Source: Methanobacteriota archaeon (lineage in GTDB: Archaea > Hydrothermarchaeota > Hydrothermarchaeia > Hydrothermarchaeales > JACRDW01). From it: DNA of 19,379 nt. The notes below the pieces were generated by a model. It was given only the letters and a program-made list of their open reading frames with translations, ran no database searches and was not told the origin of the DNA. Every line of letters starts with the position of its first letter. Position 1 is the first letter of the stretch. The DNA lies in contig JBDRDL010000079.1 in NCBI GenBank assembly GCA_043820925.1, positions 1 to 19,379 of the forward strand, given 5' to 3'. The position numbers and the translations under genes were made by a program. This document shows positions 1 through 9,583 of the stretch, in pieces.

Positions 1-267
1 TTAAAGGAGGCTGAGAAGGAAGCAGAAAGGATGGTCGAGGAAGCCAAAGACAAGGCAATCGAGGTTATTGAGAAGGCTAAATTAGAAGCTCATAAAAAAG
101 TAGAAGCCATGGTTGAGGGGGCGAAGAAAGAGGGCGAAGAAGAGGCAGGGAAAATACTCAAACAGGGCGAAGAGGAAGGGAAAAAAATAGAAAAAATCTC
201 ACAAAAGAGAGTTGGCGATGCCGCAAGAGTTATTGTGGAATCGTTAGTTGGAATAACGGAGGCTTAG
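1..267 (+). CDS. ahaH: A-type ATP synthase subunit H (peripheral stalk, V-type G-like), 5'-truncated
   Basis: Frame 1 is open from base 1 (LKEAEKEAERMVEEAK...). E/K/A-rich coiled coil with a short hydrophobic C-terminal helix, directly upstream of subunit E. Confidence 0.75.
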   Translation, partial: LKEAEKEAERMVEEAKDKAIEVIEKAKLEAHKKVEAMVEGAKKEGEEEAGKILKQGEEEGKKIEKISQKRVGDAARVIVESLVGITEA

Positions 268-269
268 AA

Positions 270-887
270 TTGGAAGAGGGTACCAGTGCTGTAAATATAA
301 TTGAGAAAATTGGAGAAGATACCGGGAAGGAAGTAAAAGCAGTATTAGAGGAAGCCAGAGGCAAGGCTGATGAGATAATAAAGGAAGCGCAGAGTAAGGC
401 TAAGGGAGAGGAGGGGGAAATACTGCACAGAGGCGCTAGAGAAGCTGAGCTTGCAAAGCAGAGGATAATTGCAGACGCTAAGTTAAAGGCAAGAAAGCAG
501 AAATTGGATGTAAAGGAAGCTGCGATACAGGCAGCATTTGGTGAAGCAGAGAAAGAGCTCCAGAAGCTCGGCTCAACTGTAAAGTATCCTCCCATATTAG
601 AAAAGATAATAAAAGAGGCAGTAAATTCGATAGGAAGCGAGGATATGGAGATAATGGCAAGCAAGGCTGACAGGAAAATTCTTACCCAGGATTTCCTGAA
701 AAGTTTATCAAAAGAGTTTGGAGCGAATATTGCTCTTTCGCCCCAGACAATAGAGACCTATGGAGGCGTAATAGTAAGAACCAAAGACGGAAAAATTGAA
801 GTAGACAATACTTTTGAGACCAGAATGGCGAGGGTGAGAGATGACTTGAGAACTAAAATCGCAAAAATACTTTTCCAGGGTGTCTGA
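270..887 (+). CDS. ahaE: A-type ATP synthase subunit E
   Basis: N-terminal coiled coil and C-terminal GGVIVRTKDGKIEVDNTFETRM motif typical of V/A-type subunit E. TTG start, so the exact start is uncertain. Confidence 0.93.
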   Translation: MEEGTSAVNIIEKIGEDTGKEVKAVLEEARGKADEIIKEAQSKAKGEEGEILHRGAREAELAKQRIIADAKLKARKQKLDVKEAAIQAAFGEAEKELQKLGSTVKYPPILEKIIKEAVNSIGSEDMEIMASKADRKILTQDFLKSLSKEFGANIALSPQTIETYGGVIVRTKDGKIEVDNTFETRMARVRDDLRTKIAKILFQGV

Positions 888-1211
888 ATGAAGATAAGTG
901 CGGTTGGAGATTCAACCACAGTAACTGGCTTTCGACTGGCGGGAATAAAAGATGCCTACGAGGTAGAGGAGCCAAGCAAGGCGATTAGCACGCTAAAAGA
1001 ATTATTAAAAGATGAAAATGTAGGTTTAATAATAATCTCTGAAAAAATTGCAGATAAAATTCGGGAAGACATAGAAAGGCTTACCGAAGGAAGATTTACT
1101 CCAATTGTTGTTGAGATACCGGATAAGAGAGGACCGATAGAAAAGAAAGTCGATCCTATTAAAGAACTGGTTAAGAGAGCAGTAGGCGTGGAAATAAAGT
1201 TAGGCGGGTGA
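888..1211 (+). CDS. ahaF: A-type ATP synthase subunit F
   Basis: [20 protein letters not shown] and IVVEIPD...VKRAVGV signatures. Confidence 0.96.
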   Translation: MKISAVGDSTTVTGFRLAGIKDAYEVEEPSKAISTLKELLKDENVGLIIISEKIADKIREDIERLTEGRFTPIVVEIPDKRGPIEKKVDPIKELVKRAVGVEIKLGG

Positions 1212-1215
1212 TATT

Positions 1216-2979
1216 ATGGTACAAATGGGAAAAATAATTAAAGTTTCTGGACCAGTAATTGTCGCAAAAGAAATGAAAGGTTCGCAGATGTATGAAGTTG
1301 TAAGAGTAGGTGAGGAAAAGCTGATAGGAGAAATAATCGAATTAGAGCGCGATAAAGCGACTATCCAGGTTTACGAAGACACTACCGGAATCAAGCCCGG
1401 AGAGGCAGTTATGGGCACTGGAATGCCTCTTTCTGTAGAACTTGGACCAGGGATATTAAAAAATTTCTTTGATGGAATCCAGAGACCTCTGGAAGTAATA
1501 AGAAGCAAAACCGGAATTTTTATCTCCCGAGGCGTGGACGTGCCCTCGCTCGACAGGGATAAAAAATGGGAGTTCAAACCGACCGCCAAAAAAGGTTCCA
1601 AAGTTACAGGCGGAGACATTCTTGGCGAGGTTCAGGAGACTGAGGTTATTAAACATAAAATAATGGTTCCTCCTGGAATTGAAGGAGAGCTGGTCAAGCT
1701 TGCTGGCGAAGGAAATTATACAATTGAAGAAACTATTGGCGTTGTAAAAACTAAGGAAGGGGAGAAAGAGCTGAACATGCTTCAAAAGTGGCCGGTGAGA
1801 AAGGGGAGACCGTATAAGGAAAAGCTCGACCCCAACCTGCCTTTGATTACTGGTCAGAGAATTGTTGATACTTTCTTCCCGATTGCAAAAGGAGGCACTT
1901 CCTCAATACCTGGAGGATTTGGGACAGGGAAAACGGTTATGGGTCACCAGCTTGCAAGATGGAGCGATGCCAAGATTTTCGTGTACGTAGGATGTGGAGA
2001 GAGAGGAAATGAGATGACAGAAGTAGTTGAGGATTTTCCTAAGTTAATAGACCCATATACAGGTAAACCTTTAATGGAAAGGACTGTGCTAATTGCTAAT
2101 ACCTCAAACATGCCTGTCGCAGCAAGAGATGTGAGCGTTTATACTGGAATAACATTAGCAGAGTACTACAGAGATATGGGCTATGATGTTGCGCTCATGG
2201 CAGACTCTACATCGAGATGGGCAGAGGCTATGAGGGAAATCTCAGGCAGGCTCGAGGAAATGCCTGGAGAGGAAGGCTATCCTGCTTACCTTGCATCCAG
2301 GCTTGCAGCCTTCTATGAGAGGGCAGGTCGAGTTATTACCCTCGGCAGCGATGAAAGGTACGGTTCGGTAACTGTTACAGGCGCAGTCTCCCCTCCAGGT
2401 GGAGATTTTTCAGAACCCGTAACTCAAAATACTCTCAGAATTACAAAAGTTTTCTGGGCTCTCGATTCTTCTTTGGCAGACAGGCGCCACTTTCCGGCTA
2501 TTAACTGGCTGAGGAGCTACTCTCTGTACTTGGACAGCATTCAAGGTTGGTGGACCGATAACATTGCAAAAGACTGGCTGGAATTGAGAACAAAAGCTAT
2601 GGCATTACTGCAGAAAGAGGCTGAGCTTATGGAAATCGTTAAGCTCGTCGGTTCTGATGCGTTACCTGAAAAAGAGAGAGTTGTGCTGGAGGGTGCGAGA
2701 GTTATCAGGGAAGACTTTCTACAGCAGAGTGCACTTGACGAGGTAGATACTTTCTGCAGCAGTAAAAAGCAGTATAATATGCTATCTCTCGGACTGAAAT
2801 TTTATGATAAAGCTATGGAAGCAGTAAGCAAAGGAGTTCCAGCTAAAGAAATAGCAGCACTGGAAGTGCTTGATGATATAGCAAGAATAAAATATGTACC
2901 TGAGAAAGATGCTGAAAAAGCAATTGCAGAAACAAAAGAAAAAATTGAAAAACAACTGAATGCCCTAACAGAAAGGTGA
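1216..2979 (+). CDS. ahaA: A-type ATP synthase catalytic subunit A (no intein)
   Basis: P-loop [50 protein letters not shown]; 587 aa. Confidence 0.98.
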   Translation: MVQMGKIIKVSGPVIVAKEMKGSQMYEVVRVGEEKLIGEIIELERDKATIQVYEDTTGIKPGEAVMGTGMPLSVELGPGILKNFFDGIQRPLEVIRSKTGIFISRGVDVPSLDRDKKWEFKPTAKKGSKVTGGDILGEVQETEVIKHKIMVPPGIEGELVKLAGEGNYTIEETIGVVKTKEGEKELNMLQKWPVRKGRPYKEKLDPNLPLITGQRIVDTFFPIAKGGTSSIPGGFGTGKTVMGHQLARWSDAKIFVYVGCGERGNEMTEVVEDFPKLIDPYTGKPLMERTVLIANTSNMPVAARDVSVYTGITLAEYYRDMGYDVALMADSTSRWAEAMREISGRLEEMPGEEGYPAYLASRLAAFYERAGRVITLGSDERYGSVTVTGAVSPPGGDFSEPVTQNTLRITKVFWALDSSLADRRHFPAINWLRSYSLYLDSIQGWWTDNIAKDWLELRTKAMALLQKEAELMEIVKLVGSDALPEKERVVLEGARVIREDFLQQSALDEVDTFCSSKKQYNMLSLGLKFYDKAMEAVSKGVPAKEIAALEVLDDIARIKYVPEKDAEKAIAETKEKIEKQLNALTER

Positions 2980-2984
2980 GATAA

Positions 2985-4379
2985 ATGATGGAAAAAGAGC
3001 TAAAAATTAGGGAATATACCTCTGTTACAGAAGTAGCTGGACCTTTAATAGTAGTAGAAGGAGTAAAAGGAGTAGGCTATGGTGAAATAGTTGAAATAGA
3101 GATTCCTGATGGAGAAAACAGAAGAGGGCAAGTTCTCGAGACTCATGAAGATAAAGCAGTAGTCCAAGTTTTTGAGGGAGCCAGAGGTATTGATACTTTA
3201 AAAACAAAGGTAAGATTTACAGGAGAAAGAGTTAGGCTTCCTGTTTCAATGGAAATGCTTGGTCGTATCTTCGATGGTTCAGGAAGACCGATAGACAAAG
3301 GTCCGAAAATAATTCCAGAAGATAAGCGCGATATTTATGGCGCACCAATAAATCCTAAGTCCAGAGATTATCCAAGAGAGTTTATCCAGACTGGTATATC
3401 TTCTATAGATGGAATGAATACTCTTGTTAGAGGACAGAAGCTTCCTATAATGTCTGGAGCAGGTATGCCCCATAATGAGCTAGCTGCACAAATCGCCAGG
3501 CAGGCTAAGGTTCTTGGAAAGGAAGAGGAATTTGCAGTTGTATTTGCCGCAATGGGCATAACCTTTGAAGAGGCATCGTTTTTCATAAATGACTTTAGAA
3601 GAACAGGTGCTTTAGAGAGAGTTACCGCATTCATAAACTTAGCTGATGACCCCGCAATCGAAAGGCTAATCACTCCAAGGATGGCTCTTACTGCTGCTGA
3701 ATATTTTGCATATGAATATGATATGCATGTTTTGGCTATTACAACTGACCTTACTAACTATTGCGAAGCATTAAGAGAAATTTCTGCGGCAAGGAGTGAA
3801 GTTCCAGGAAGAAGAGGCTACCCGGGCTACATGTACACAGACCTTGCAACTATTTATGAAAGAGCAGGCAGGGTTCATGGAAGGAAAGGCAGCATTACTC
3901 AAATGCCAATTTTAACAATGCCTGACGATGACATAACGCATCCAATACCTGACTTAACTGGCTATATAACCGAGGGGCAGTTCGTGCTTTCAAGGGAGCT
4001 TCAAAGAAAAGGAATTTATCCTCCTGTGGATGTTTTACCTTCTCTTTCAAGGCTTATGAGAGGAGGAATAGGAAAAGGAAGAACGAGAGAAGATCACAGA
4101 GAATGGTCAGACCAGCTGTATTATGCTTATGCTGAAGGTAGAGAGCTCAGAGACCTGGTAGCAGTAGTAGGAGAAGAAGCATTAACAGAAAAAGATAAGA
4201 AATTCTTGGAGTTGTCAGACAGATTCGAAAGAGAATTCGTAACACAGGGGAGAGATGAGGATAGAAGCATAGAAACAACGCTAGATATAGGCTGGGATTT
4301 GCTCAGCACACTTCCAGAGAAAGAGCTGAAGAGAATCAAGGTAGAGACTATCAAGAAGTACCACCCGAAGTACAAATAG
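2985..4379 (+). CDS. ahaB: A-type ATP synthase subunit B
   Basis: [52 protein letters not shown]-like AGGTGA upstream. Confidence 0.98.
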   Translation: MMEKELKIREYTSVTEVAGPLIVVEGVKGVGYGEIVEIEIPDGENRRGQVLETHEDKAVVQVFEGARGIDTLKTKVRFTGERVRLPVSMEMLGRIFDGSGRPIDKGPKIIPEDKRDIYGAPINPKSRDYPREFIQTGISSIDGMNTLVRGQKLPIMSGAGMPHNELAAQIARQAKVLGKEEEFAVVFAAMGITFEEASFFINDFRRTGALERVTAFINLADDPAIERLITPRMALTAAEYFAYEYDMHVLAITTDLTNYCEALREISAARSEVPGRRGYPGYMYTDLATIYERAGRVHGRKGSITQMPILTMPDDDITHPIPDLTGYITEGQFVLSRELQRKGIYPPVDVLPSLSRLMRGGIGKGRTREDHREWSDQLYYAYAEGRELRDLVAVVGEEALTEKDKKFLELSDRFEREFVTQGRDEDRSIETTLDIGWDLLSTLPEKELKRIKVETIKKYHPKYK

Positions 4380-4380
4380 C

Positions 4381-4474
4381 CCTTTTTCTTTTCTAAAGAA
4401 AAAGGTCTATCACCCCAAAAAGAAACTTGGGTGAAGACACGACGAGCCACGAATGAAATGAGTGGCGAGGAGTG
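4381..4474. repeat. Structured intergenic spacer with three hairpins (REP-like or regulatory)
   Basis: Perfect 11-bp inverted repeat CCTTTTTCTTT/AAAGAAAAAGG (4381-4405); TCACCC/GGGTGA stem (4410-4434); symmetric tandem-GA hairpin (4438-4474). Confidence 0.7.
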
Positions 4475-4482
4475 GATTCAAA

Positions 4483-5124
4483 ATGGCTGAACTAATCGAA
4501 GGCGTTAATCCAACTAGGATGGAGCTCTTAAAGCTAAAAACAAAACTTACACTGGCTGTCAAGGGTCATCGTCTTCTTAAGCAGAAGAGGGATGCTCTTA
4601 TAATGGAGTTCTTCAATATTCTGGAAGAAGTGAAAGAAAGAAGGAAAAAAACTGAAGAAGAGCTTGCTAAGGCATTTAAATCGCTGATTCTTGCAGAAGC
4701 TACCCTTGGAACTATTAAAGTCTCAGATGCAGCCATGGCTGTTATGGCAACCAATAGCTTGGATGTAGAATCCAGAAACATAATGGGAGTTAAAGTGCCA
4801 GTTTTGAGCCTCGGCGAGACTAAAAGGAGTCTACTGGAGCGAGGGTATGGTTTAGTAGATACATCTTCGCAACTTGACGATGCGGCAAGCAAGTTTGAGG
4901 AAGCTTTAAAAATAGTTGCGCAGCTTGCGGAGATAGAAAAGTCTATCAGACTTCTTGCAGAAGAAATCGAGAGCACCAAGCGCAGAGTAAATGCCCTTGA
5001 AAACACGCTTATACCTCGATTGAGCAACACAATAAGATATATAAGACTGCGCCTAGATGAGATGGAGAGGCAGAACTTCTTCAAGCTGAAGCGCATCAAG
5101 GCAATAATGGAAGCTGCAAGCTAA
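4483..5124 (+). CDS. ahaD: A-type ATP synthase subunit D
   Basis: VNPTRMELL...[16 protein letters not shown] and TKRRVNALE motifs. Start placed at ATG 4483 after SD GAGGAG (4467-4472) rather than GTG 4462. Confidence 0.96.
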   Translation: MAELIEGVNPTRMELLKLKTKLTLAVKGHRLLKQKRDALIMEFFNILEEVKERRKKTEEELAKAFKSLILAEATLGTIKVSDAAMAVMATNSLDVESRNIMGVKVPVLSLGETKRSLLERGYGLVDTSSQLDDAASKFEEALKIVAQLAEIEKSIRLLAEEIESTKRRVNALENTLIPRLSNTIRYIRLRLDEMERQNFFKLKRIKAIMEAAS

Positions 5125-5537
5125 TGCAAGACCGAACTGCGCACGTGATTTCAAAGCAGGTGCAGATGCTTAACAGGCATTTGGCAATTGCAAGGCGAGA
5201 CCTGGAGAGCCTTCTGAGGGAGGAGAAGCCGAAGATAACTCTCAAAGATGGGAGCACCCATTCCTTCAGAAAGGAAGAACTGGAAAAGATAGGCAGAATT
5301 TTGCCTCACGAATTGCACTCGAAGCTTATGCTTCCTATTTACATAGAACTCTCTGATAAATACGGAGGGGGTACTGCGAGAATTTCTGGCAAATCAGAAT
5401 GCAAGGTTATTGCACATGTTCTCGGCAAGAAAATGCAGGGCGACGAGCTTTTCATCTACAAGCCAGAACTGAAGCAGCTCAGGAGAGAACTGCCCACGAC
5501 TACGCAGTACATGTTCACGCTTTCTCTGGACTACTAA
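5124..5537 (+). CDS. DUF61 (UPF0216) family protein
   Basis: LNRHL...L..LL.EEKP.I.LKDG..H.F...EL pattern and C-terminal RRELPTTTQY.F; TAATG overlap with ahaD. Confidence 0.8.
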   Translation: MQDRTAHVISKQVQMLNRHLAIARRDLESLLREEKPKITLKDGSTHSFRKEELEKIGRILPHELHSKLMLPIYIELSDKYGGGTARISGKSECKVIAHVLGKKMQGDELFIYKPELKQLRRELPTTTQYMFTLSLDY

Positions 5538-5560
5538 GCAAGACATGCGAATGATGAAAA

Positions 5561-5842
5561 ATGAATGAAAAATTTACTGCAACGCTTGTTGACATAAAGC
5601 GAATACACGAAGTGCCAGAAGGGCTGATGCCCTATGTAAATTTCAAGGCAGAAATCGAGGGGCGCAAAATAAAAGGCAGCGAGAGGGTTGCGATTTTTAA
5701 TATTGCTTCAACGACCAGCTATATACCTGTTTTTCTGGATGCAGGGAAAACGATTGAAGATGTGGAGAGAGAAATAAAAGAGCAGGCATTTGCAAAGTTA
5801 AGTTCCGAGAGCAGAGAGGTTATCAAGAAGGCTCTTAAATAA
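5561..5842 (+). CDS. DUF749 family protein (MTH1880-like)
   Basis: F.ATLV.I, PYV.FKA.IE.R, AI.NI..T.SY..VFLD pattern recognised as the archaeal DUF749 family. Confidence 0.7.
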   Translation: MNEKFTATLVDIKRIHEVPEGLMPYVNFKAEIEGRKIKGSERVAIFNIASTTSYIPVFLDAGKTIEDVEREIKEQAFAKLSSESREVIKKALK

Positions 5843-5854
5843 AACTAATTTTTC

Positions 5855-5907
5855 AGAAATATTTAACATAGTTAAGGTATTTTTTATAAAGTAAGGAGAA
5901 TTATAAA
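5855..5907 (+). promoter_or_regulatory. Putative promoter/operator of the first AbrB-PIN pair
   Basis: AT-rich spacer with TATA-like boxes, inverted repeat TTAAC-ATA-GTTAA (5863-5875) and SD AAGGAG (5893-5898). Confidence 0.4.
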
Positions 5908-6153
5908 ATGACAGAAAGCAGAATAACATCAAAATACCAAGTAACGATTCCAAAGAAAATCAGAAAGATGTATGACATCGAAGAGGGCGATGAGATTGTA
6001 TTTCTTCCATTCGGAGAGAAAATACTGATAGAGCGAAAGAAAGTCGTAGAGCTTGCACGTGAGCTGCCGCTTGAGATAAAAGTATCAAAAGCTGCTGATG
6101 TGCACAAGTGGAGAGAAATTGCTAAGAAGGCAGCGATGGCGAGGTCTAGATGA
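5908..6153 (+). CDS. AbrB/MazE/SpoVT-family antitoxin (VapB-like)
   Basis: SRITSKYQVTIPKKIR...IEEGDEIVF AbrB signature; ATGA overlap with the downstream PIN gene. Confidence 0.9.
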   Translation: MTESRITSKYQVTIPKKIRKMYDIEEGDEIVFLPFGEKILIERKKVVELARELPLEIKVSKAADVHKWREIAKKAAMARSR

Positions 6154-6566
6154 AGGTTTTTATAGATGCCAATGTCTTCCTGAGGTCTATCCTCCAAGAC
6201 GATGAGGAGAAGGCTGGGCACTGCTCGAAGCTGCTGAAAAAAGTAGACGGGGGCGAAGTGCAGGCTGCAACTTCGATGCTCGTGCTTAATGAGATACTCT
6301 GGGTTCTCGAAGGACTGAACGTGGGAAGAGAAGATATTGCAAAGCGAATTAAGGCAATTGCCATGTCTAAGGTGGAAGTTCTGGGGTATGCAAACAGCAG
6401 TGCAGTGTTGGAGTCTTTAGGTTATTACGGGAAGCTGGATGTGGATTTCATCGATGCCCTGAATGCCTGCATAGCTAGGGGGAGCGGGATAAGGGATATT
6501 ATTACCTATGATGAGCATTTTAAGAAGATAGAATTTGTGAATAAAATAGAGCCGCAGGAGCTTTAG
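6150..6566 (+). CDS. vapC: PIN-domain VapC-like ribonuclease toxin
   Basis: VFIDANVF, VLNEI, DFIDAL, ITYDEHF: the acidic PIN catalytic residues are present. Confidence 0.9.
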   Translation: MKVFIDANVFLRSILQDDEEKAGHCSKLLKKVDGGEVQAATSMLVLNEILWVLEGLNVGREDIAKRIKAIAMSKVEVLGYANSSAVLESLGYYGKLDVDFIDALNACIARGSGIRDIITYDEHFKKIEFVNKIEPQEL

Positions 6567-6568
6567 AT

Positions 6569-7381
6569 TTATTTTGGCTTTTCCATTAATTTGCTCTTCT
6601 TCAGAATTTTTCCTTCAGGGGAGTGGGGCGTTCTGTAAATTTCGTCGCTTCCTTTTTCGATTTCTCTTACCTCGTCGGCGAGTTTTGAGGCCGTCCTCAG
6701 CATTTCGTGAGCAGAGGCGACGAGCGGTATGTACTTCTCTTTAACCGCAAAGCAGCCTCTTATGTTCAGCTCCCCAACTTTTTCAGCAAGCTCGTATGCT
6801 GCCAGCGCTTTCGCGCTTGCATATGGATTTTTTATCCCGGAGCGCTCCACAGCGGTGCTGCCGTCTACGATGATTCTCGGCAGGTACTCTTTTTTCGTTT
6901 TTATTCCGTCGATGGCTTTGTCGATTTCTTCCTGCAGGACTCTAAAAGCGCCGGTAACTGCAAGTATTTTAAGCATTTCTGCGTTGAAGAGTGCCATTTC
7001 TGTAGGGTCTAAAAATTCTCTCCTCGCACCTATCATGGAGTCGGCTTTAATAAAGATATACCCTAAACCCGCCTTTTCAAGCTTGTCCTTTATCTTTATT
7101 CCGGGCGCGTCTCCAATTACTATTGCTCTCCTGTCCTTCAGTTTTTCAATTGCCCTGCCCGGGCCTGGAGTTGAGGGATTCGGGGTTGAATAAAGAATTA
7201 GCTCAGGTTTGAATTCCAGTATCCTTTCAACGATGCTTTCACAGTCTTCGGGACTCATTTTCGCCCCGCTGGCTACTACTCTAACCTCTATATCCTTTCT
7301 ATCTGCTCTCTCATCCAATAACAGCTCCAAAATCAAAGAAGAAGCTATGTTCCCTGTTTTTATAACCCCAATTCTCACCAT
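6569..7381 (-). CDS. mtd: F420-dependent methylene-H4MPT dehydrogenase
   Basis: LLLDERADRKDI, SGAKM, DSMIGARREFLDPTEMALFNA and VASAHEM motifs. Confidence 0.96.
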   Translation of the reverse strand: MVRIGVIKTGNIASSLILELLLDERADRKDIEVRVVASGAKMSPEDCESIVERILEFKPELILYSTPNPSTPGPGRAIEKLKDRRAIVIGDAPGIKIKDKLEKAGLGYIFIKADSMIGARREFLDPTEMALFNAEMLKILAVTGAFRVLQEEIDKAIDGIKTKKEYLPRIIVDGSTAVERSGIKNPYASAKALAAYELAEKVGELNIRGCFAVKEKYIPLVASAHEMLRTASKLADEVREIEKGSDEIYRTPHSPEGKILKKSKLMEKPK

Positions 7382-7404
7382 GCTTAGGGAGTTATTGCCA
7401 CATA

Positions 7405-7412
7405 TTAATAAA
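7405..7412 (-). promoter_or_regulatory. TATA-like box, probable leaderless mtd promoter overlapping the cofH stop
   Basis: Minus-strand TTTATTAA about 24 nt upstream of the mtd ATG; no SD. Confidence 0.45.
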
Positions 7413-8499
7413 TGTTCTTATACAGTGTATCCCTCTGCCTCGGAATTCTCCCTGCCTCGATTATCATCCTTTCAAGCTCTTTTTTGTCAGGCATGTTTAC
7501 GGCGGAACCTGCGGTACGTGAGATGTTCTCTTCCATCAATGTTCCGCCTAAGTCGTTTGCCCCAAATTTGAGCATGACCTGAGCAAGTTTTCTGCCGAGC
7601 TTTACCCAGGAAGCCTGAATATTCCTGAAGTTGTCTAGAAATATTCTTGACGCTGCATAAACTCTTATATCTTCTATACCAGTAGCTCCGCCCTTGCTTT
7701 TACCTGAGCGATACAGTGGGGTATTGAAATGGACGAAGGAGAGAGGAACAAATTCAGTAAAACCTTTTGTTTTTTCCTGAATATCTCTCAAAATTTTGAG
7801 ATGTTTAATTTTTTTTTCTGTGCTTTCTATGTGTCCGTAGAGCATTGTAGCAGTTGTAGGTATCCCAAGTCTGTGAGCTTCTTCCACAATCTTAATCCAT
7901 TCCCTACTCTTGAGCTTTTTCGGGCAGATCGTGCTTCTAATTTCGTCATCCAGAATTTCTGCCGCTGTGCCTGGCATTGAATCAAGGCCGCTTTCTTTCA
8001 AGTATTTCAGGGTTTTCCTTATGCTCATGCCGCTCTTCTCAGCAGCATAGCTTATCTCCATCGGCGAGAAAGCGTGAACGTGAATCTCTACATTTCTTTT
8101 AATGGCTTTTATAATGTCCGAGTAGTAATTTGCATCCAAGCTTGGATGCAGGCCGCCCTGAATGCAGACTTCAGTTGCGCCGAGCTTTTTCGCTTCCCTG
8201 CTTTTTTCCACAACTTGCTCAATAGTTAGAAGATAAGCATCTGCATCGCTCTTATCTCTCCTGAAAGCGCAGAATTCACAGTCGCTCACGCAGACGTTTG
8301 TAAAGTTTATGTTCCTGTTTATCACATAAGTTACAACGTCGCCTGCCCTGCTTTTTCTCAGCCTGTCAGCTGTAATTGCGACAGCAAAGAGTTCTTCTCC
8401 GCTTGAATTCATCAGTTTTAATGCTTCTTTTTCAGTTATTCTTCTCCCCCCAGCTTGCTGGAGTATTTCTTCAATCTCTGGTTTTATTTGCAGGTTCAT
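7405..8499 (-). CDS. cofH: FO synthase subunit 2 (radical SAM)
   Basis: NRNINFTNVCVSDCEFCAF (CxxxCxxC), SMPGTAAEILDD, NIQASWVKLG, GANDLGGTLMEENISR; next to cofG. Confidence 0.94.
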   Translation of the reverse strand: MNLQIKPEIEEILQQAGGRRITEKEALKLMNSSGEELFAVAITADRLRKSRAGDVVTYVINRNINFTNVCVSDCEFCAFRRDKSDADAYLLTIEQVVEKSREAKKLGATEVCIQGGLHPSLDANYYSDIIKAIKRNVEIHVHAFSPMEISYAAEKSGMSIRKTLKYLKESGLDSMPGTAAEILDDEIRSTICPKKLKSREWIKIVEEAHRLGIPTTATMLYGHIESTEKKIKHLKILRDIQEKTKGFTEFVPLSFVHFNTPLYRSGKSKGGATGIEDIRVYAASRIFLDNFRNIQASWVKLGRKLAQVMLKFGANDLGGTLMEENISRTAGSAVNMPDKKELERMIIEAGRIPRQRDTLYKNIY

Positions 8500-9491
8500 A
8501 TTTTTACCAGACCATCTTCATCTATGTAACTCTTGATTAGCTCCCCCAGTTTTTTGGAATACCAGCCTCTCTTTATGAACTCAGGATATACTGGCAGGCG
8601 CTCCCTGAGACCCAGCCCAAGCTTCTGGGTCAGGATTTTCATCTTTTCGATTTTCGGCCAGTCCGCTTCTGGATTTATGTAGTCTTTGGTTATCGGCGAT
8701 ACGCCTCCCAAATCATTTGCGCCAGAGGATAAAAATATTTGCCAGGTATCTGGATTCAGGTTAGGCGGCACCTGGATATTCATATTCGGCAGAATTTGCC
8801 TTGCAGCTCTAACAACTGTAAGCATTTTATGCAAAGAAGGCTCTGCGCTGTCCTGCATTGGAGTATTTTTTTTAGCCTTGAAGTTCTGAATTATTACCTC
8901 CTGGATGTGCTCATATCTGTCGTTTATTTCTTTTATTGTACGCAGGGAGTAGAGGATTTCGTCAAAAGTCTCGCCGATTCCTACTAGTATGCCAGTTGTA
9001 AACGGAATTTTTAATTTGCCTGCATTCTCGATTACTTTCAGCCTGAGCTTTGGACGCTTTCCCGGAGAGTGCTCGTGGGGCATTCCTTTTTTGTACAGCC
9101 TCTCGCTTGCGTTCTCGAGCATTAGACCCATGGATGCGTTTACTTCGCCGAGCATTTTCATTTCCTGTTTTTCGATAACGCCTGCATTTGAATGCGGCAG
9201 CAAGCCGTATTCGAGAGCATCCTCGCAAAGCTCGTACAGATATTCCAGAACAGACGAATACTCCCATTCCTCCAGCTGCCTCCTTATTTTGTCGCTGCTC
9301 TCTGGCATCTCTCCAAAGGTGAACAGAGCCTCCTTGCATTGCTGTTTTTTGCCCTCCTCGAGTATCCTCTGAATTTCTGTCCTGCTGAGTACATCTGGAT
9401 TATTGCTTCTAAATCCGCAGTAAGCACAGCGATTTCTACATGCATTGGTTAAAGGAATAAAAACATTTTTTGAAAAAGTTATAAATTTCAC
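8496..9491 (-). CDS. cofG: FO synthase subunit 1 (radical SAM)
   Basis: ITFSKNVFIPLTNACRNRCAYCGF, LPHSNAG, SMGLMLE, HIQEVIIQNF, QVPPNL, GGVSP; GTG start; ATGA overlap with cofH. Confidence 0.95.
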   Translation of the reverse strand: MKFITFSKNVFIPLTNACRNRCAYCGFRSNNPDVLSRTEIQRILEEGKKQQCKEALFTFGEMPESSDKIRRQLEEWEYSSVLEYLYELCEDALEYGLLPHSNAGVIEKQEMKMLGEVNASMGLMLENASERLYKKGMPHEHSPGKRPKLRLKVIENAGKLKIPFTTGILVGIGETFDEILYSLRTIKEINDRYEHIQEVIIQNFKAKKNTPMQDSAEPSLHKMLTVVRAARQILPNMNIQVPPNLNPDTWQIFLSSGANDLGGVSPITKDYINPEADWPKIEKMKILTQKLGLGLRERLPVYPEFIKRGWYSKKLGELIKSYIDEDGLVKI

Positions 9492-9583
9492 GTGCGAGTA
9501 TTAGGCAATTCCAAAGCATAAAGTTTGCTGATTGACAAATTATTTATATTGCGTTAATGAGAGCAAGTGAGCGAGGGTGACAG
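9492..9583. promoter_or_regulatory. Divergent promoter region, cofG / metV
   Basis: Minus-strand CTTTATG (9517-9523) about 25 nt upstream of the cofG start; plus-strand TTTATATT (9543-9550) and SD GAGGGTGA (9573-9580) before metV. Confidence 0.5.

Noticed and set aside
1912..1945. AhaA P-loop GGFGTGKT instead of GPFGSGKT
   Set aside because: A variant I recall in other A/V-type A subunits; the Walker A consensus is intact.
4438..4474. SECIS-like element or selenocysteine recoding
   Set aside because: The flanking genes are complete without in-frame TGA, and the hairpin lacks the archaeal SECIS layout.
5552..5630. Possible C/D-box sRNA (ATGATGA at 5552-5558)
   Set aside because: No properly spaced D'/C'/D boxes or terminal stem, and it overlaps the DUF749 start.
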